This document shows positions 26,992 through 27,696 of a stretch of DNA of 27,696 nucleotides, in pieces (position 1 is the first letter of the stretch; each line of letters begins with the position of its first letter). This DNA is from an uncultured Candidatus Rokubacteria bacterium. GTDB taxonomy: Bacteria > Methylomirabilota > Methylomirabilia > Rokubacteriales > CSP1-6. The stretch lies in contig CAWBMV010000038.1 in the NCBI GenBank assembly GCA_963789955.1, forward strand, positions 1 to 27,696, in the 5' to 3' direction. A program made the position numbers and the translations under genes. The notes under the pieces were generated by a model, which worked only from the letters and a program-made list of their open reading frames with translations, was not told the origin of the DNA and searched no databases.

Positions 26992-27621
26992 CTAGGCGCC
27001 GCGCACGTAGCGCCGGCACACCAGGCGCAGGTGATCGCGGAAATGTGGCTGCAGCCGGCTCGTCCAGTCGCTCTGGCGCGCCTGCTTCCACTCGGCCGAC
27101 TCCTGCACCTCGGGCGTCGCCAGGTGGTAGAGCGCCACGTACTTGCGGTTCCCGGTGCCGCGGAAGCGGCGGGCGCCGAGGACGCCAGGCACGGCGGCGA
27201 GCGCCGGGATGTGCTCCTTGTCGTACCACTCGTTGAACTCGGCTTCGTGCTCCGGCGCGATGTTCATGGCATTGAGGAGCAACCCACCCGCACCGGCCGG
27301 CGGCAGCTGGTCGCCCGGAAGGATCTGATCGCCCTCGAAGCGCATCAGGCGCTCGACCCGGCTGGTGACCCGTTTCGACCACGGTGACAGGTTCGCCCCG
27401 CCGATCGCCAGATAGGCCGGGCTCGCGAGCACCTTGACGTTCTCGAGGTCGTACGTGGCGACCGAGATCTTGCGGTCGCTCACGCCGATCCAGCGGTCGC
27501 ACACGAGGAAGCCCGGAACGCGCTGCCGCTCCGGCAGATGCTCTGTGTCGTACCAGTCCTGGAACTCGTCCTCGGCCGCCTGCCCGATGTTCATCGCCGC
27601 GATCAAGGTGCCCTTTGCCAT
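26992..27621 (-). CDS. Tandem EthD/DUF4286-like dimeric alpha+beta barrel protein
   Basis: Two internal repeats: EDEFQDWYDTEHLPERQRVPGF and EAEFNEWYDKEHIPALAAVPGV. RBS GGAGGAG before ATG 27621. Confidence 0.8.
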   Translation of the reverse strand: MAKGTLIAAMNIGQAAEDEFQDWYDTEHLPERQRVPGFLVCDRWIGVSDRKISVATYDLENVKVLASPAYLAIGGANLSPWSKRVTSRVERLMRFEGDQILPGDQLPPAGAGGLLLNAMNIAPEHEAEFNEWYDKEHIPALAAVPGVLGARRFRGTGNRKYVALYHLATPEVQESAEWKQARQSDWTSRLQPHFRDHLRLVCRRYVRGA

Positions 27622-27641
27622 GGTCGGCTCCTCCCGGCGGA

Positions 27642-27670
27642 AGATTGCCACGACGCTCGCGACTCGGCAA
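27642..27670 (-). promoter_or_regulatory. Putative sigma70 promoter for the DUF4286-like/Ldh_2 genes
   Basis: TTGCCG (27670-27665), 17-nt spacer, then TG-n-CAATCT extended -10 (27647-27642). Confidence 0.5.
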
Positions 27671-27696
27671 CGGGACGCCTCGAGCGCGCGCAGCAC

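Overview
This is a very GC-rich bacterial chromosomal segment of about 20 genes, mostly catabolic and transport. Gene content and style resemble Ca. Rokubacteria/Methylomirabilota, but that is inference only. It carries about 13 single-base indels that look like long-read consensus errors. In order: PotA-like ATPase (partial), PotC-like permease and amidohydrolase (-); an ECF sigma factor fused to a shortened, catalytically degenerate F1-ATP synthase beta-like domain (+); hydantoinase/oxoprolinase A and B (+); an ArsC-like UxxC selenoprotein candidate missed by the ORF track (+); a ~150-bp long inverted repeat; a class I aminotransferase and a five-gene Opp/Dpp ABC transporter (-); an alpha/beta hydrolase (+); ferredoxin reductase, RND pump plus MFP, an orphan substrate-binding protein and a SnoaL-like protein (-); an ankyrin protein preceded by a possible decayed tyrosine-recombinase fragment (+); a 3x61-bp palindromic tandem repeat; an Ldh_2 oxidoreductase and a tandem EthD/DUF4286-like protein (-). 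The best candidate for an undescribed system is the ECF-sigma/F1-beta pseudo-ATPase fusion at 2420-4027. The UGA-containing ArsC-like gene at 8151-8498 is second.
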